From Pseudomonadota bacterium (GTDB lineage Bacteria > Desulfobacterota > Desulfobacteria > Desulfobacterales > RPRI01), in the NCBI GenBank assembly GCA_018901125.1, contig JAHIFE010000178.1, forward strand, positions 4,989 to 68,988: a stretch of DNA of 64,000 nucleotides, in the 5' to 3' direction. Position 1 is the first letter of the stretch; each line of letters opens with the position of its first letter. Under the pieces are notes generated by a model. That model saw only the letters and a program-made list of their open reading frames with translations. It was not told the DNA's origin and ran no database searches. Of the stretch, positions 62,421 to 64,000 are shown piece by piece. A program made the position numbers and the translations under genes.

Positions 62421-64000
62421 ATGGAAAACATACCGGTTGAAAAATCAAGTAGCAGCGCCGGGCGCGTCATGGTTGTTGATGACGAAGTCGGGATAATGAG
62501 TTCTATTTGTGAATTGCTGTCCGATGAAGGTTATGAAACAACAGGGTTTTGTGCTGGCTCCGAAGCTATTGAACTTCTGAAAAAACAGGAATTTGATCTT
62601 CTCATAACCGATCTGATGATGCCGGGTATGGATGGAATAGATGTTCTTCGCAAAGGGATAGAAATTGATCCCAATCTTGTTTGCATTATCATGACCGGAT
62701 ATGGAACAGTGCAGACTGCTGTTGAAGCAATGAAGACAGGCGCTTTCGATTATATTCTGAAACCTTTCAAGCCTTCAGGCTTGTTGCCTATCCTTACCCG
62801 CGCCATGCAGGTGCGCAGCCTGCAGGATGAAAATATGCAGTTGCGTGAAACCATCGCTATCCATGAACTGGGAAAAGCCATTGCCTTTTCTTCCGATCTG
62901 AATTCAATTATGAATATGGTTGCCGATGCCGCTCTTTTGCAGTGCAAAGCAGATGAGGTATCTATTATGCTGCCGACTGCAGACGGCAAAGAGCTTTATG
63001 TAGCTGTTGTGCGCGGCAGCGGATGTGCGGAAAAGGTCGGGATACATATACCTTTAGAGCAGGGTATTGCCGGCTGGGTGGCACGCAACAAAGAACCCAT
63101 GGTATTGCGGGGAGAAGTTAATGACCCGGGTATGGCCCCTGTCAAACCGCGTAGTGATATCCACACCGCAGTTTCTATGCCGATGATGTCAAGCGGTAAA
63201 CTGGTTGGTGTGCTGAATGTAAATATAACTCAAAATCACCGCCAGTTTAAAATGGGACAGTTGAAGGTTCTCGGAATTCTTGTCAGTATCATTTCACCGA
63301 TTTTGGAAAAAATGCAACTGTACTTACAGATACGTGAGGGTGAGGAAAAATACCGTTTGATCTTTGAAAACATACTCGATGGAATCTATCAGCGTTTGCC
63401 GGATGGAAGAATAATTGCTGCCAATCCGGCGCTTGCCCGTATATTTGGTTACGATACCCCCCAAGACCTTATGGCAAATATTACTGATTATTTTAACCAG
63501 ATATGCATAAATTGCGATGATTGTGCCGAATTCAACCGTATCATGGGCATATATGGCGAAGTTCGGGATTTTGAATATCCCGTCTATCGCAAAGACAAAA
63601 CTAAAGCATGGGTATCTGACAATGTACGTGCCGTAAAGGATAATAAGGGTATTTTGCTCTACTATGAAGGGATTCTTTCCGACATAAGCAAAAGGAAACA
63701 AGCGGAAGAACAGCTGTTAAAGAGCATTGAAGATACCGTTCGGGCAATGGCTATGATAGTGGAAAAACGGGACATGTATACCGCGGGCCACCAGGAGAGG
63801 GTGGCGAACCTGGCCGTAGCTATTGCTGAAGAAATGAAGCTTTCCGAAAGACAGATCAAGGGGCTAAGAATGGCCGGTATCATTCATGATATCGGCAAAC
63901 TGAATGTGCCATCGGAAATTCTTACCAAACCTGCAAAACTTAATTATATTGAATTTGAACTTGTAAAAATGCATGCTGAAGCAGGCTATAACATTCTTGT
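62421..64000 (+). CDS. REC-GAF-PAS-HD-GYP protein, partial: 3' end runs off the right edge
   Basis: Absent from the ORF track (no stop). ATG 62421 after AGGAGA; VMVVDDE, LITDLMMP, YILKPF; GAF (QGIAGWVA, VGVLNV); PAS; RDMYTAGHQERV, HDIGK. Confidence 0.92.
   Translation, partial: MENIPVEKSSSSAGRVMVVDDEVGIMSSICELLSDEGYETTGFCAGSEAIELLKKQEFDLLITDLMMPGMDGIDVLRKGIEIDPNLVCIIMTGYGTVQTAVEAMKTGAFDYILKPFKPSGLLPILTRAMQVRSLQDENMQLRETIAIHELGKAIAFSSDLNSIMNMVADAALLQCKADEVSIMLPTADGKELYVAVVRGSGCAEKVGIHIPLEQGIAGWVARNKEPMVLRGEVNDPGMAPVKPRSDIHTAVSMPMMSSGKLVGVLNVNITQNHRQFKMGQLKVLGILVSIISPILEKMQLYLQIREGEEKYRLIFENILDGIYQRLPDGRIIAANPALARIFGYDTPQDLMANITDYFNQICINCDDCAEFNRIMGIYGEVRDFEYPVYRKDKTKAWVSDNVRAVKDNKGILLYYEGILSDISKRKQAEEQLLKSIEDTVRAMAMIVEKRDMYTAGHQERVANLAVAIAEEMKLSERQIKGLRMAGIIHDIGKLNVPSEILTKPAKLNYIEFELVKMHAEAGYNIL

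Overview
AT-rich bacterial chromosome segment. Gene content (rho-rpmE-prfA-prmC, cooS/cooF, single-chain PFOR, CheX, PilZ, HDOD, CxxCH heme sensors, many HD-GYP proteins) suggests an anaerobic Desulfobacterota/deltaproteobacterium (inference). Left to right: TetR-regulated RND efflux operon (permease truncated at the left edge); nitronate-monooxygenase/FabK-like flavoenzyme; FecR-OmpA-CHASE2 hybrid kinase module; OmpR/HK pair; XRE-PBP regulator divergent from modABC; TPR-metallopeptidase; diguanylate cyclase; rho-rpmE-prfA-prmC-cca; CheY-CheX-(REC-PilZ-Ser/Thr kinase); cooS-cooF-FAD oxidoreductase divergent from PFOR; an orphan secreted TPR/SleB-like protein between an intact and a decayed PilZ gene; an AmmeMemoRadiSam locus whose proteins carry export signals; then about 20 kb of two-component and c-di-GMP genes. 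Best non-routine signals: (1) a four-helix-bundle (23S rRNA IVS/bAvd-like) gene inside complementary 7-bp repeat arms, an internally deleted twin about 600 bp upstream, and four 'empty' heptamer arrays/hairpins at gene junctions, which together look like a small mobile cassette system; (2) an apparently exported AMMECR1/MEMO/radical-SAM system; (3) the orphan TPR-SleB-like Cys-rich protein; (4) two copies of a 142-bp MITE with ATGA target duplications. No rRNA, tRNA, CRISPR array, transposase, integrase or reverse transcriptase was seen. All domain calls come from motif recognition by eye, not from database searches.
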